Of a stretch of 32,000 nt of DNA, positions 18,527-26,168 are shown in pieces. Source of the stretch: an uncultured Actinomycetes bacterium (lineage in GTDB: Bacteria > Actinomycetota > Actinomycetes > S36-B12 > CAIYMF01); assembly GCA_963843975.1 (NCBI GenBank), contig CAWJMG010000003.1, positions 1,050,001 through 1,082,000 of the forward strand. Reading direction: 5' to 3'. The position numbers and the translations under genes were made by a program. Below the pieces are notes generated by a model. The model had not been told where the DNA came from and made no database searches. It saw only the letters and a program-made list of their open reading frames with translations. The stretch's first letter is position 1; every line of letters starts with the position of its first letter.

Positions 18527-18970
18527 TCAGCCCGTGCCCTCGACCCGCTCCTTGAGGCCGCGCAGGGCGGTGTCGACGATGACCTTCTCGGCCTTGCGCT
18601 TGATCATGCCGATCATCGGGATGCTCACGTCGACGGCCAGCTGGTAGACGACGGTGGTCGTGCCGTCGGCGTTGCCGCTCAGCTCGTAGACGCCGTCGAG
18701 CGCCTTGAGCATCTGGCCCGTCGTCAGGGTCCAGGACACCGACGAGTCGTCGTCGGCCCAGTCGTACTCGAGCTCGTACGTGTCCTTGATGGCGCCGGCG
18801 TCCACCACGAAGCGCGCGTCGGCGGGGCGGCCGTCCTCGTACTCGGTGAGCACGGTCACGGACTTCACGCCGTCGCTCCACTCGGGGTACGCCTTGATGT
18901 CCGCGATCACGGCCATGACGGCGGCGGGGGCGGCGTTGATGACGATGCTCGACTCGGTGCGGTCAGCCAT
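18527..18970 (-). CDS. SRPBCC-superfamily (polyketide cyclase/dehydrase-like) protein
   Basis: The 147-aa product reads SSIVINAAPAAVMAVIADIKAYPEWSDGVKSVTVL...YELEYDW...VVYQLAVDVSIPMIGMIKRKAEKVIVDTAL. Confidence 0.75.
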   Translation of the reverse strand: MADRTESSIVINAAPAAVMAVIADIKAYPEWSDGVKSVTVLTEYEDGRPADARFVVDAGAIKDTYELEYDWADDDSSVSWTLTTGQMLKALDGVYELSGNADGTTTVVYQLAVDVSIPMIGMIKRKAEKVIVDTALRGLKERVEGTG

Positions 18971-18994
18971 GGCGCGGACCCTACCGCCGCGCCG

Positions 18995-19774
18995 TCACCA
19001 GGACAGCGCGAACGGCGTCCGACCCGCGCGGAAGTGGCCGACGTTGACGCACTCGGTGCGTCCGATCCGCGCCCGGCGCGCGAGCGGCTGGTGGACGTGC
19101 CCGAACAGGACGGCGCGCGGCTGGGTGCGCCGGACGTGCTCGAGGATGGCGCGGGACCCCACCTCGAAGCGGCGGGCGACGACGTCGTAGCAGAGCTCGG
19201 GCAGCGCGGGTGGGATGTGGGCGCAGAGGACGTCGACCTCGCCGAGCGCCTCGACCTTGGCGGCGAACGCGTCCTCGTCGATCTCGTACGGCGTGCGCAT
19301 CGGCGACAGCAGCCCTCCGCCCACGAAGCCGAACCGGAGCCCGCCGATGTCTGCGGTCTGGCCGTCGAGCACGGTGTGCCCGGGCCGCAGGTGCCGCGAC
19401 CACAGCGCGGGCAGGTCGACGTTGCCGTACGTCAGGTACGCCGGCTCCGGCATCACCGCGAACATCTCGGCGTACTGCGCGTCGACGAGCGACTCGACGA
19501 TGTCAGGGCGCGCGCGCCCCTCGCGGGCGAGCACGTCCTCCCACCAGCCGGCCGCCAGCTCGCGCGCCTCGGTGAACCGGTTCGCGGTGCGCAGCTCGAC
19601 GAACAGGCGCGTGCGCTCGGCGCCGAACAACGTCGGGAAGATGCCCTGGCTGTAGTCCTCGTAGTCGAGGTACAGCACGAGGTCGCCCAGGCAGATCAGG
19701 GCGTCCGCGCCGTCGGCGGAGCGGGCGAGGGCATCGGTGCGCTCGTGGACGTCGCTGACCACATGGATGCGCAC
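18995..19774 (-). CDS. Metallophosphoesterase
   Basis: The product carries MRIHVVSDVHE, ALICLGDLV, YGNVD and VLFGHVHQP, which are calcineurin-like phosphoesterase metal ligands. Confidence 0.8.
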   Translation of the reverse strand: MRIHVVSDVHERTDALARSADGADALICLGDLVLYLDYEDYSQGIFPTLFGAERTRLFVELRTANRFTEARELAAGWWEDVLAREGRARPDIVESLVDAQYAEMFAVMPEPAYLTYGNVDLPALWSRHLRPGHTVLDGQTADIGGLRFGFVGGGLLSPMRTPYEIDEDAFAAKVEALGEVDVLCAHIPPALPELCYDVVARRFEVGSRAILEHVRRTQPRAVLFGHVHQPLARRARIGRTECVNVGHFRAGRTPFALSW

Positions 19775-19825
19775 GGCACGACCCTAGGAGGCGTGCGGTC
19801 GCTCCGCAGGTCCGGCTCGGCCGGG

Positions 19826-20371
19826 CTAACGGCCGAGGACGAGGCCCAGCACGGAGTAGACGGCCAGCAGGGCGATCACCACGACGACGGCACCGGCACC
19901 TGCGACGGCCCACTTGCCGCCAGGAACCCGGGACGGGTCGAAGATGCGCGGGCCCTGGTCGGACAGCGCGAGGCGGGCGAGCATCCGGTCTGCGAGCTCC
20001 TCGACCTGCTCGGGCGGCACCTCGCCGGTCGGGAGCTCGAGACCCTCGAGGTCGATGGGGTCGTGCGCACGGACGGACGCCCGGGGTGCGGCGGCGCGGC
20101 GGCCGGCCTCCCTGCGCCCGACGGGCTCGGGCTCCTTGGCGTGACGACCGGCCTCGCGGCGACCGACGGGCTCGGGCTCCTCCACGCCGGCGGCCATGGC
20201 CATGGCACGGGGAGGACGCGCGGCGGACGTCGTGGGCAGCACGTCGTCGACCGGGGGCGCGAGGCGGGCGGGCTCGCGCCGGGCGCGCAGGTCCGCGTGG
20301 CACAACGAGCACCAGGCCGCGCCCGAGGGGACCGCGGCCGAGCATGAGGGACAGCGTGACTGGATCGGCAC
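19826..20371 (-). CDS. Zinc-ribbon protein with internal repeat and a single C-terminal TM (tail-anchored topology)
   Basis: The gene has a GTG start. It encodes CPSC...CSLCH, a duplicated EPEPVGRREAGR, and a terminal KWAVAGAGAVVVVIALLAVYSVLGLVLGR*. Confidence 0.6.
   Translation of the reverse strand: MPIQSRCPSCSAAVPSGAAWCSLCHADLRARREPARLAPPVDDVLPTTSAARPPRAMAMAAGVEEPEPVGRREAGRHAKEPEPVGRREAGRRAAAPRASVRAHDPIDLEGLELPTGEVPPEQVEELADRMLARLALSDQGPRIFDPSRVPGGKWAVAGAGAVVVVIALLAVYSVLGLVLGR
20103..20181. repeat. 45-bp-period imperfect tandem duplication inside the zinc-ribbon gene
   Basis: ccggcctc..cgacgggctcgggctcct occurs at 20103-20136 and again at 20148-20181. An 8-nt block and an 18-nt block are identical, and the 8 nt between them match at 5 of 8 positions. 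A gccatg x2 repeat follows at about 20194-20207. Confidence 0.8.
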
Positions 20372-20440
20372 GATGTGGTCATCGGCAGGCGTCGCGACCG
20401 CCTTGACCGTCCGACCAGAGGGTTCCGGGCCCGGCGGCGC

Positions 20441-20911
20441 TCAGCCGACGCGCGACTCCCCCGGGCGCCGCCCGGCCTCGAGCTGGTCCTTGAGCGCCCA
20501 CACCGAGCGCTTCCACCGCCGCGCCCGGAGGGCGCGCTCACGGGCCGCCCGCCGCCACCCGCGCGGGGTGCTGGGCAGGGGCGCAGGCCCACCGGTGCCG
20601 GGGTCGACGGGGTCCAGGCGTGCGTAGTGGTGGACGAGCACGCCGTCCCCCATCGGCTCGAGCCAGATCTCCAGGGAGCCGACCCAGCGGCCCGACACCG
20701 ACCACCGGATGCCGTCGAGCCCCCGGTCCATGAAGACGACGAGCTCGAGCTCGGGCCACCAGGCGCGCCAGGACACCGGGTCGGCCACGACGGCGGCGAC
20801 GGCGGCGCGGTCCGACACGACGAACGTCTCGTCCACGAGATCCACAGCAGGCACGCCCCGATCCTGGCACGCTGCGCGGCACGTCCCGCGCTCCGGTGCG
20901 GCGTCCGTCAC
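20441..20911 (-). CDS. Hypothetical SRPBCC-like protein (start uncertain)
   Basis: The product reads VDLVDETFVVSDRAAVAAVVADPVSWRAWWPELELVVFMDRGLDGIRWSVSGRWVGSLEIWLEP, followed by a basic C-terminal tail. An alternative GTG start lies near 20854. Confidence 0.5.
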   Translation of the reverse strand: MTDAAPERGTCRAACQDRGVPAVDLVDETFVVSDRAAVAAVVADPVSWRAWWPELELVVFMDRGLDGIRWSVSGRWVGSLEIWLEPMGDGVLVHHYARLDPVDPGTGGPAPLPSTPRGWRRAARERALRARRWKRSVWALKDQLEAGRRPGESRVG

Positions 20912-20955
20912 GTGATCAACTTAGGGTGTCCTAACCACCCACCCCAGGAGGACCC

Positions 20956-22749
20956 ATGCGCGAGCACCACGAACCGGCCCTCGTCCCCGTCACCCGCTCG
21001 GCCCGGCTCACCGACGACGTCGTGCGCAACGCGGCCGAGGCACCGGCCGCGATCGCCCTCGCCCGCCGTGTGGGCGGCACCTGGGTCGACGTCACCGCCG
21101 CCCGCTTCGCCGAGGAGGTCGGGGCCGTGGCCCGCGGCCTCATCGCGACGGGCGTCCAGCCGGGCGACCGCGTCGGGATCATGAGCCGCACGCGGTACGA
21201 GTGGACCGTCACCGACTACGCCGTGTGGTGGGCGGGCGGCGTCGTCGTCCCGATCTACGAGACCAGCTCCGCCGAGCAGGTCTCGTGGATCCTCTCGGAC
21301 TCCGGAGCCGTCGCGGTCTTCCTCGAGAGCCCACGGCACGTCGACGTGTTCGCCGAGGTCTCCGACGGGCTCCCGGGCGTCCGCGACGTCTACGTCTTCG
21401 ACGACGGCGCCCTCGACACGCTGGCCTCGCAGGGCAGCGGGATCGCCGACGACGAGCTCGAGGCACGACGCACCTCGCGGGGGCCGAACGACCTCGCCAC
21501 GATCATCTACACCTCCGGCACGACCGGCCGCCCCAAGGGCTGCGAGCTCACCCACGAGAACTTCGCGTTCGAGGCCGAGAACGTCGTGGCCGCAACGCCC
21601 GAGGTCTTCAAGCAGCCGGGTGCCTCGACCCTGCTGTTCCTCCCCCTGGCCCACGTCTTCGGCCGGATCATCCAGATCGCCTGCATCCACGGCCGCGTCA
21701 CCCTCGGGCACGCGCCCGACCCCACCAAGCTCACCGAGGACCTCCCCGGCTTCCGGCCGACGTTCCTCCTCGCCGTTCCGCGCGTGTTCGAGAAGGTGTT
21801 CAACGGCGCGCAGCAGAAGGCGATCGCCGCGGGCAAGGGCTCGATCTTCGACAAGGCGGCGCACACCGCCGAGGAGTACAGCCGCGCGCTCGACGCCGGC
21901 TCGGTGGGCATCGGCCTGCGCCTGCGCCACTCGGTGTTCGACCGGCTCGTCTACGGCAAGCTGCGCACCGCGCTCGGCGGCCGCGTCGCCTGGGCGGTGT
22001 CCGGCGGCGCCCCGCTCGGCGACCGCCTCGGCCACTTCTTCCGCGGGATCGGCGTCACGATCCTCGAGGGCTACGGCCTCACCGAGACCGCGGGCGCGAC
22101 CACCGTGAACCGGCCGACGATGCTGCGGGTCGGATCGGTCGGACGGCCGTTCCCCGGCGCGGGCGTGGCCATCGCGGACGACGGCGAGGTGCTGCTGCGC
22201 GGTCCGCACGTCTTCACGGGCTACTTCAACAACCCGGCGGCCACCGCCGAGGTCATGACCGAGGACGGCTGGTTCCGCACCGGCGACCTCGGCGAGCTCG
22301 ACGCCGACGGCTACCTGTCCATCACGGGACGCAAGAAGGAGCTGCTGGTGACCGCCGGCGGTAAGAACGTCGCACCCGCCGTGCTCGAGGACCGGGTCCG
22401 CGCCCACTGGCTCGTGAGCCAGTGCATGGTCGTCGGTGACAACAAGCCCTACATCGGGGCGCTCATCACCCTCGACCCCGAGTCGCTGCCGGCGTGGGCC
22501 GCGCAGCACGGCAGGCCGGCAGGCACCGGCGCGGCCGAGCTCGCCGAGGACCCCGAGCTCCTCGCCGACCTGCAGGCAGCGGTGGACGAGGCCAACAAGG
22601 CGGTGTCCACGGCCGAGTCCATCCGCCGGTTCAAGGTCCTGCCCGTCGACTGGACCGAGGCGACGGGCGAGCTGACGCCGTCGATGAAGCTGCGCCGCGG
22701 CGTCGTCATGAAGGACTTCGGCACGGACGTCGAGGCGCTCTACTCCTAG
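20956..22749 (+). CDS. Long-chain fatty-acid--CoA ligase (AMP-dependent synthetase)
   Basis: The 597-aa product has an AGGAGG SD before its ATG. It carries the AMP-binding motifs IIYTSGTTGRPKGC, EGYGLTET and WFRTGDLGELDADGYLSITGRKKE. Confidence 0.9.
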   Translation: MREHHEPALVPVTRSARLTDDVVRNAAEAPAAIALARRVGGTWVDVTAARFAEEVGAVARGLIATGVQPGDRVGIMSRTRYEWTVTDYAVWWAGGVVVPIYETSSAEQVSWILSDSGAVAVFLESPRHVDVFAEVSDGLPGVRDVYVFDDGALDTLASQGSGIADDELEARRTSRGPNDLATIIYTSGTTGRPKGCELTHENFAFEAENVVAATPEVFKQPGASTLLFLPLAHVFGRIIQIACIHGRVTLGHAPDPTKLTEDLPGFRPTFLLAVPRVFEKVFNGAQQKAIAAGKGSIFDKAAHTAEEYSRALDAGSVGIGLRLRHSVFDRLVYGKLRTALGGRVAWAVSGGAPLGDRLGHFFRGIGVTILEGYGLTETAGATTVNRPTMLRVGSVGRPFPGAGVAIADDGEVLLRGPHVFTGYFNNPAATAEVMTEDGWFRTGDLGELDADGYLSITGRKKELLVTAGGKNVAPAVLEDRVRAHWLVSQCMVVGDNKPYIGALITLDPESLPAWAAQHGRPAGTGAAELAEDPELLADLQAAVDEANKAVSTAESIRRFKVLPVDWTEATGELTPSMKLRRGVVMKDFGTDVEALYS

Positions 22750-22761
22750 CCGGGCCTAGGC

Positions 22762-22799
22762 CGTACGGGCGGCGCTCGTCACGCCGCGTCGCCCGTACG
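22762..22799 (+). terminator. Long hairpin immediately after the acyl-CoA ligase stop
   Basis: CGTACGGGCG (22762-22771) pairs with CGCCCGTACG (22790-22799). The stem extends inward by a G-U pair plus 3 further pairs. It starts 13 nt after the TAG. There is no U-tract. Confidence 0.5.
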
Positions 22800-22847
22800 C
22801 CACAGGCTGACGCGCCGATCGGCCCGTCGCGGTGCAGGATTCTCCCT

Positions 22848-23570
22848 ATGACCGAGACGGGCGGCCAGCACGCGGCAGTGGACGTGCGAGGCCTGTCCGT
22901 CACCTTCGCCTCCGTCCACGCAGTCGACGGCCTCGACCTCCGTGTCCCGGCCGGCGGCGCCGTCGCCCTGGTCGGGCGCAACGGTGCGGGCAAGTCCACG
23001 ACTCTGCGCGTGCTCGGCGGCGTCCTGCCTCCCAGCGCCGGCACGGTCGTGGTGTCCGGCGTCGACGCCGTGCGCGAGCCGCGCCGCGCCCGCGAGGTCG
23101 TCGGCTACTGCCCCGACGTCGGCGGTCTCATCCCGCGCGCGACCCCCTGGGAGCACCTGCAGCTCGCCGCGCGGCTGCGCGGCATGGCCGCCTGGGAGGA
23201 TCGCGCCCGCGACCTGCTCGACCGGTTCGACCTCGCCGGGGCGGCCGACCGCGTGACGGCCGGCTTCTCCCACGGCATGGGGCGCCGGCTGTCGGTCCTG
23301 CTCGCCGCGTTCCACGAGCCCGGCGTGCTGCTGCTCGACGAGCCGTTCGACGGCGTCGACCCGCTCGGCGTCGAGGCCACGCTCGAGGAGATCCGCCGCG
23401 CCCGCATGCGCGGCGCCGCCGTCCTCGTGTCGACCCACCTGCTCGGGCTCGCCGTCCAGGCGTGCGAGGAGGCGGTGGTCCTCAGGGGCGGCAAGGTCGT
23501 CGCCGCAGCCCCTGCCTCCGACCTCGCCGGCGACGACGGCGCCGCGCGCTACCGGGCGCTGCTGTCGTGA
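22848..23570 (+). CDS. ABC transporter ATP-binding protein
   Basis: The ATG at 22848 lies within ORF 22494..23570. The product has Walker A GRNGAGKST, a degenerate signature FSHGMGRRL, Walker B LLLDEPFDGVD and the H-loop STH. Confidence 0.85.
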   Translation: MTETGGQHAAVDVRGLSVTFASVHAVDGLDLRVPAGGAVALVGRNGAGKSTTLRVLGGVLPPSAGTVVVSGVDAVREPRRAREVVGYCPDVGGLIPRATPWEHLQLAARLRGMAAWEDRARDLLDRFDLAGAADRVTAGFSHGMGRRLSVLLAAFHEPGVLLLDEPFDGVDPLGVEATLEEIRRARMRGAAVLVSTHLLGLAVQACEEAVVLRGGKVVAAAPASDLAGDDGAARYRALLS

Positions 23571-25129
23571 GCCGCGCCCAGGTCGGGCCGCTCTTCGCGC
23601 TGCGCTGGCGGATGATCCGCTCGCTGCGCGTCCAGACCGGCCTGGCCGTGCTCGGCGTCCTCGCGGTCGCGTTCATCGTGCTCGGCGTCGTGGGCGGCGC
23701 CGCCTCGCGCCTCGGCAGGGAGACCGCGTCCGACATCGGGCTCGGCGACCTCGGCGCCTCGATCGACCGCACCGGAGAGGTCGCGGCCCTGCTGCCCTCC
23801 GCGATGCTCGCGTTCGCGCTCCTGTGCATCGTCGCGCCGCTGGCTGCCGGCGGCGGCCAGAGCTGCGTCCCCGAGTCCCAGCTCGTCTCCTTCCCGGTGC
23901 GCATCGCCACGCTCGTGCGCGTCGGATTCCTGCTCTCGCCGTTGAACATCGCGTGGTACCTCCAAGTGCTGCTGCTCACCGCAGCCACCGGGTACGCCGT
24001 CCGCGGCGAGGGCGGCGCACTGCCCCCCGTCGGCGTGCTCGTGGCCTACCTGATCGCGTGCACCGCCGTCGGGCAGGCGCTCGGCTGGGGGATCGTCGGC
24101 GTACGCCGGACCAAGCGCGGGCGCCGCGGCACCTGGGCCCTGCTCGGCGTGCTGCTCGCGATCGGCGGCTGGGTCATCGCGACCGACCGCGGATCCGTGC
24201 TGCTCGACAACTCGCCCACCCTGTCGGTCCTGGGCGCGCAGCTCCAGGCCGCGGCGCTCGTCCCCTCCGGCTTCGTACCGTTCGTGCTCGGGTGCCTGGT
24301 CGTGACCGCACTCGGCTACCTCGTCGCCGTCCGCGTCGCGGACTGGGCCCTGCGACGCCCCGGCGACCTCGGCGTCGACGGCCCGCTGTCCCGACCGGTC
24401 GAGCGCCGAGCGTTCGAGTCCGGGCCGACGGCGTACCGCATGCTCGTCCAGGTCGACCGCGCCTCGCTGTGGCGCTCGCCGCCGCTCCGCCGCGGTCTGC
24501 TCGTGCTCGGCGTGCTGCCGGTGGCCGCGGCCGCGCTCGCCTCGCTGCCCTGGTCGTCCATCGCCCTGCTTCCGCCGCTCGTCGCCTCCGGCGCCGCGCT
24601 GCTGTTCGGCGTCAACGCGATGTGCCTGGACGGCTCGGGGTCGCTGTGGATCGCAACGCTCCCTCACGACCCTGACGACGTCCTGCGCAGCAAGGCCCGC
24701 GTCGTGGCCGAGGTGTGCTCGCTCCCCGTCGTCCTCGTGCTCGTGGGTGCGGGCCTGCGCGCCAGCTCGCCCCCGGACCTCGTCGACCTCGTCTGCGCGC
24801 TCGGGGCTGCGGTGAGCTGCACGGCGCTGGTGGTCGCGACAGCGATGCGGCTCTCGGTCACGCGCCCGCACCGGGCCGACCTGCGCGGACCCCGCGACAC
24901 GCCCGCACCACCCGGCACCATGGCGGTGTACTCCGCCCGCCTCGCCGTGGTCACCACCCTGGTCGGCCTCGGGTTCTCGGCGGCCACGTTCGGCCGCACG
25001 GTCGTCCCCCCGCTGCTGCTCACCGTCGGCATCCTCGCCTGGGCGGCGTACTCCTGGAGCCGCACGAAGCGGCGCTGGGCAGACCCCGTCGTGCGCGCCC
25101 ATGTGGTGGCGACGGTGGCCGCCGGATAG
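23567..25129 (+). CDS. ABC transporter permease-like polytopic membrane protein
   Basis: A GTGA start/stop overlap with the ATPase gene lies at 23567-23570. The 520-aa product has many hydrophobic segments (LAVLGVLAVAFIVLGVV, LLCIVAPLAAGG, WALLGVLLAIGGWVIA and others). Confidence 0.7.
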   Translation: MSRAQVGPLFALRWRMIRSLRVQTGLAVLGVLAVAFIVLGVVGGAASRLGRETASDIGLGDLGASIDRTGEVAALLPSAMLAFALLCIVAPLAAGGGQSCVPESQLVSFPVRIATLVRVGFLLSPLNIAWYLQVLLLTAATGYAVRGEGGALPPVGVLVAYLIACTAVGQALGWGIVGVRRTKRGRRGTWALLGVLLAIGGWVIATDRGSVLLDNSPTLSVLGAQLQAAALVPSGFVPFVLGCLVVTALGYLVAVRVADWALRRPGDLGVDGPLSRPVERRAFESGPTAYRMLVQVDRASLWRSPPLRRGLLVLGVLPVAAAALASLPWSSIALLPPLVASGAALLFGVNAMCLDGSGSLWIATLPHDPDDVLRSKARVVAEVCSLPVVLVLVGAGLRASSPPDLVDLVCALGAAVSCTALVVATAMRLSVTRPHRADLRGPRDTPAPPGTMAVYSARLAVVTTLVGLGFSAATFGRTVVPPLLLTVGILAWAAYSWSRTKRRWADPVVRAHVVATVAAG

Positions 25130-25213
25130 CTCGTCGGCGGGAGGGCGTCCGTCCGCGTGAGCGCCTCACCGATCGTCACGACCGGGTCGTCGGACCGGTC
25201 ACTCTGGGTCATA

Positions 25214-25265
25214 CGTTCGGCCGATCTGCCGTACCGAACGGAGCAACCCTCGTTGCTGAGCGTTC
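25214..25265 (+). promoter_or_regulatory. Cluster of alternative stem-loops upstream of cpaB
   Basis: CGTTCGG (25214-25220) can pair with CCGAACG (25234-25240). GAACG (25236-25240) can instead pair with CGTTC (25261-25265), enclosing the hairpin AGCAAC-cctc-GTTGCT (25242-25257). The cluster lies 133-184 nt upstream of the cpaB ATG. Confidence 0.35.
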
Positions 25266-25397
25266 CACCGGTGGCGACGACCGCTACCGTACGTGCGGGG
25301 TCATCGTGAGGGTGATGGCACCCGCCAGGGGGGTCGTCGGACCACCCCGGGCGTCCGCAGAGCCGCGCACGTCGTGGTCAGACCGCGAGAGGTCCTC

Positions 25398-26117
25398 ATG
25401 GGTCGTCGCACGATTCTGCTCATCGCCGCACTGCTGGCAGCAGTGCTCGGCGTGGTGCTGGTCTTCCTCTACGCCCAGAACGCCGAGAAGATCGCCCAGG
25501 AGGGCCAGGCCCTCGTCAAGGTGATCGTCGCCAAGTCGGAGATCGCCGCCGGCACCACGGGTGCTGCCGCCTCCAGCGCAGGCGCGTTCGAGGAGAAGGA
25601 GATCCCGGCGAACACCCAGGTGCAGGGCGTGCTGTCCGACGCCGCACCTCTCCAGGAGCTCGTCTCGCTCGTGACCATCTACCCCGGGCAGCAGATCATC
25701 GCCCAGCAGTGGGGCTCCGCCGGTCAGCTGACCCGCCTGCCGCTGCCCAAGGGCAAGGTCGCGCTCTCCCTCGAGCTCGGTGACCCGCAGCGCGTCGCCG
25801 GCTTCGTCTCGCCCGGCTCGACGGTCGCGATCTTCGCCACCGGCGGCCCTCAGATCCGCACGCTCCTCGCCAACATCACCGTGATCGGCGTCGGTGCGAC
25901 CGGCCTCAACGCCGCGCCGAACCAGAACGGCGACCAGCAGGCGTCGTCCGCGATCCTCACGCTCGCCGTCACCCAGGCCGAGGCCGAGAAGATCATCTAC
26001 GCCCAGGGCCTCGCGGCGGACCCGACCTACAACGGCCTCTACTTCGCCCTGATGGACGAGAACTCCGACGTCACGCCGGCCGACCCGGGTGTCGACGACA
26101 CCAACCTGTTCCGCTGA
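25398..26117 (+). CDS. cpaB: Flp pilus assembly protein CpaB/RcpC-like
   Basis: The ATG at 25398 lies within ORF 25293..26117. The product has the N-terminal anchor RRTILLIAALLAAVLGVVLVFLY and a SAF-like segment KVIVAKSEIAAGT. It also carries the CpaB C-domain VALSLELGDPQRVAGFVSPGSTVAIFAT...ILTLAVTQAEAEKIIYA. Confidence 0.8.
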   Translation: MGRRTILLIAALLAAVLGVVLVFLYAQNAEKIAQEGQALVKVIVAKSEIAAGTTGAAASSAGAFEEKEIPANTQVQGVLSDAAPLQELVSLVTIYPGQQIIAQQWGSAGQLTRLPLPKGKVALSLELGDPQRVAGFVSPGSTVAIFATGGPQIRTLLANITVIGVGATGLNAAPNQNGDQQASSAILTLAVTQAEAEKIIYAQGLAADPTYNGLYFALMDENSDVTPADPGVDDTNLFR

Positions 26118-26168
26118 TCACCGCTCCGCCATCCGTCAGCGCGAGCACGAGGGAACGAGGCACCGACC

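Noticed and set aside
25130-25397. Candidate Flp pilin or other small ORF in the 268-bp gap before cpaB. One example is GTG at about 25157, encoding VSASPIVTTGSSDRSLWVIRSADLPYRTEQ... The other is the minus-strand ORF 24664..25212.
   Set aside because: Neither has a hydrophobic Flp core, a G/xxxxEY processing motif or an SD. The minus ORF mostly overlaps the permease gene antisense. The region is better explained as a structured leader or promoter.
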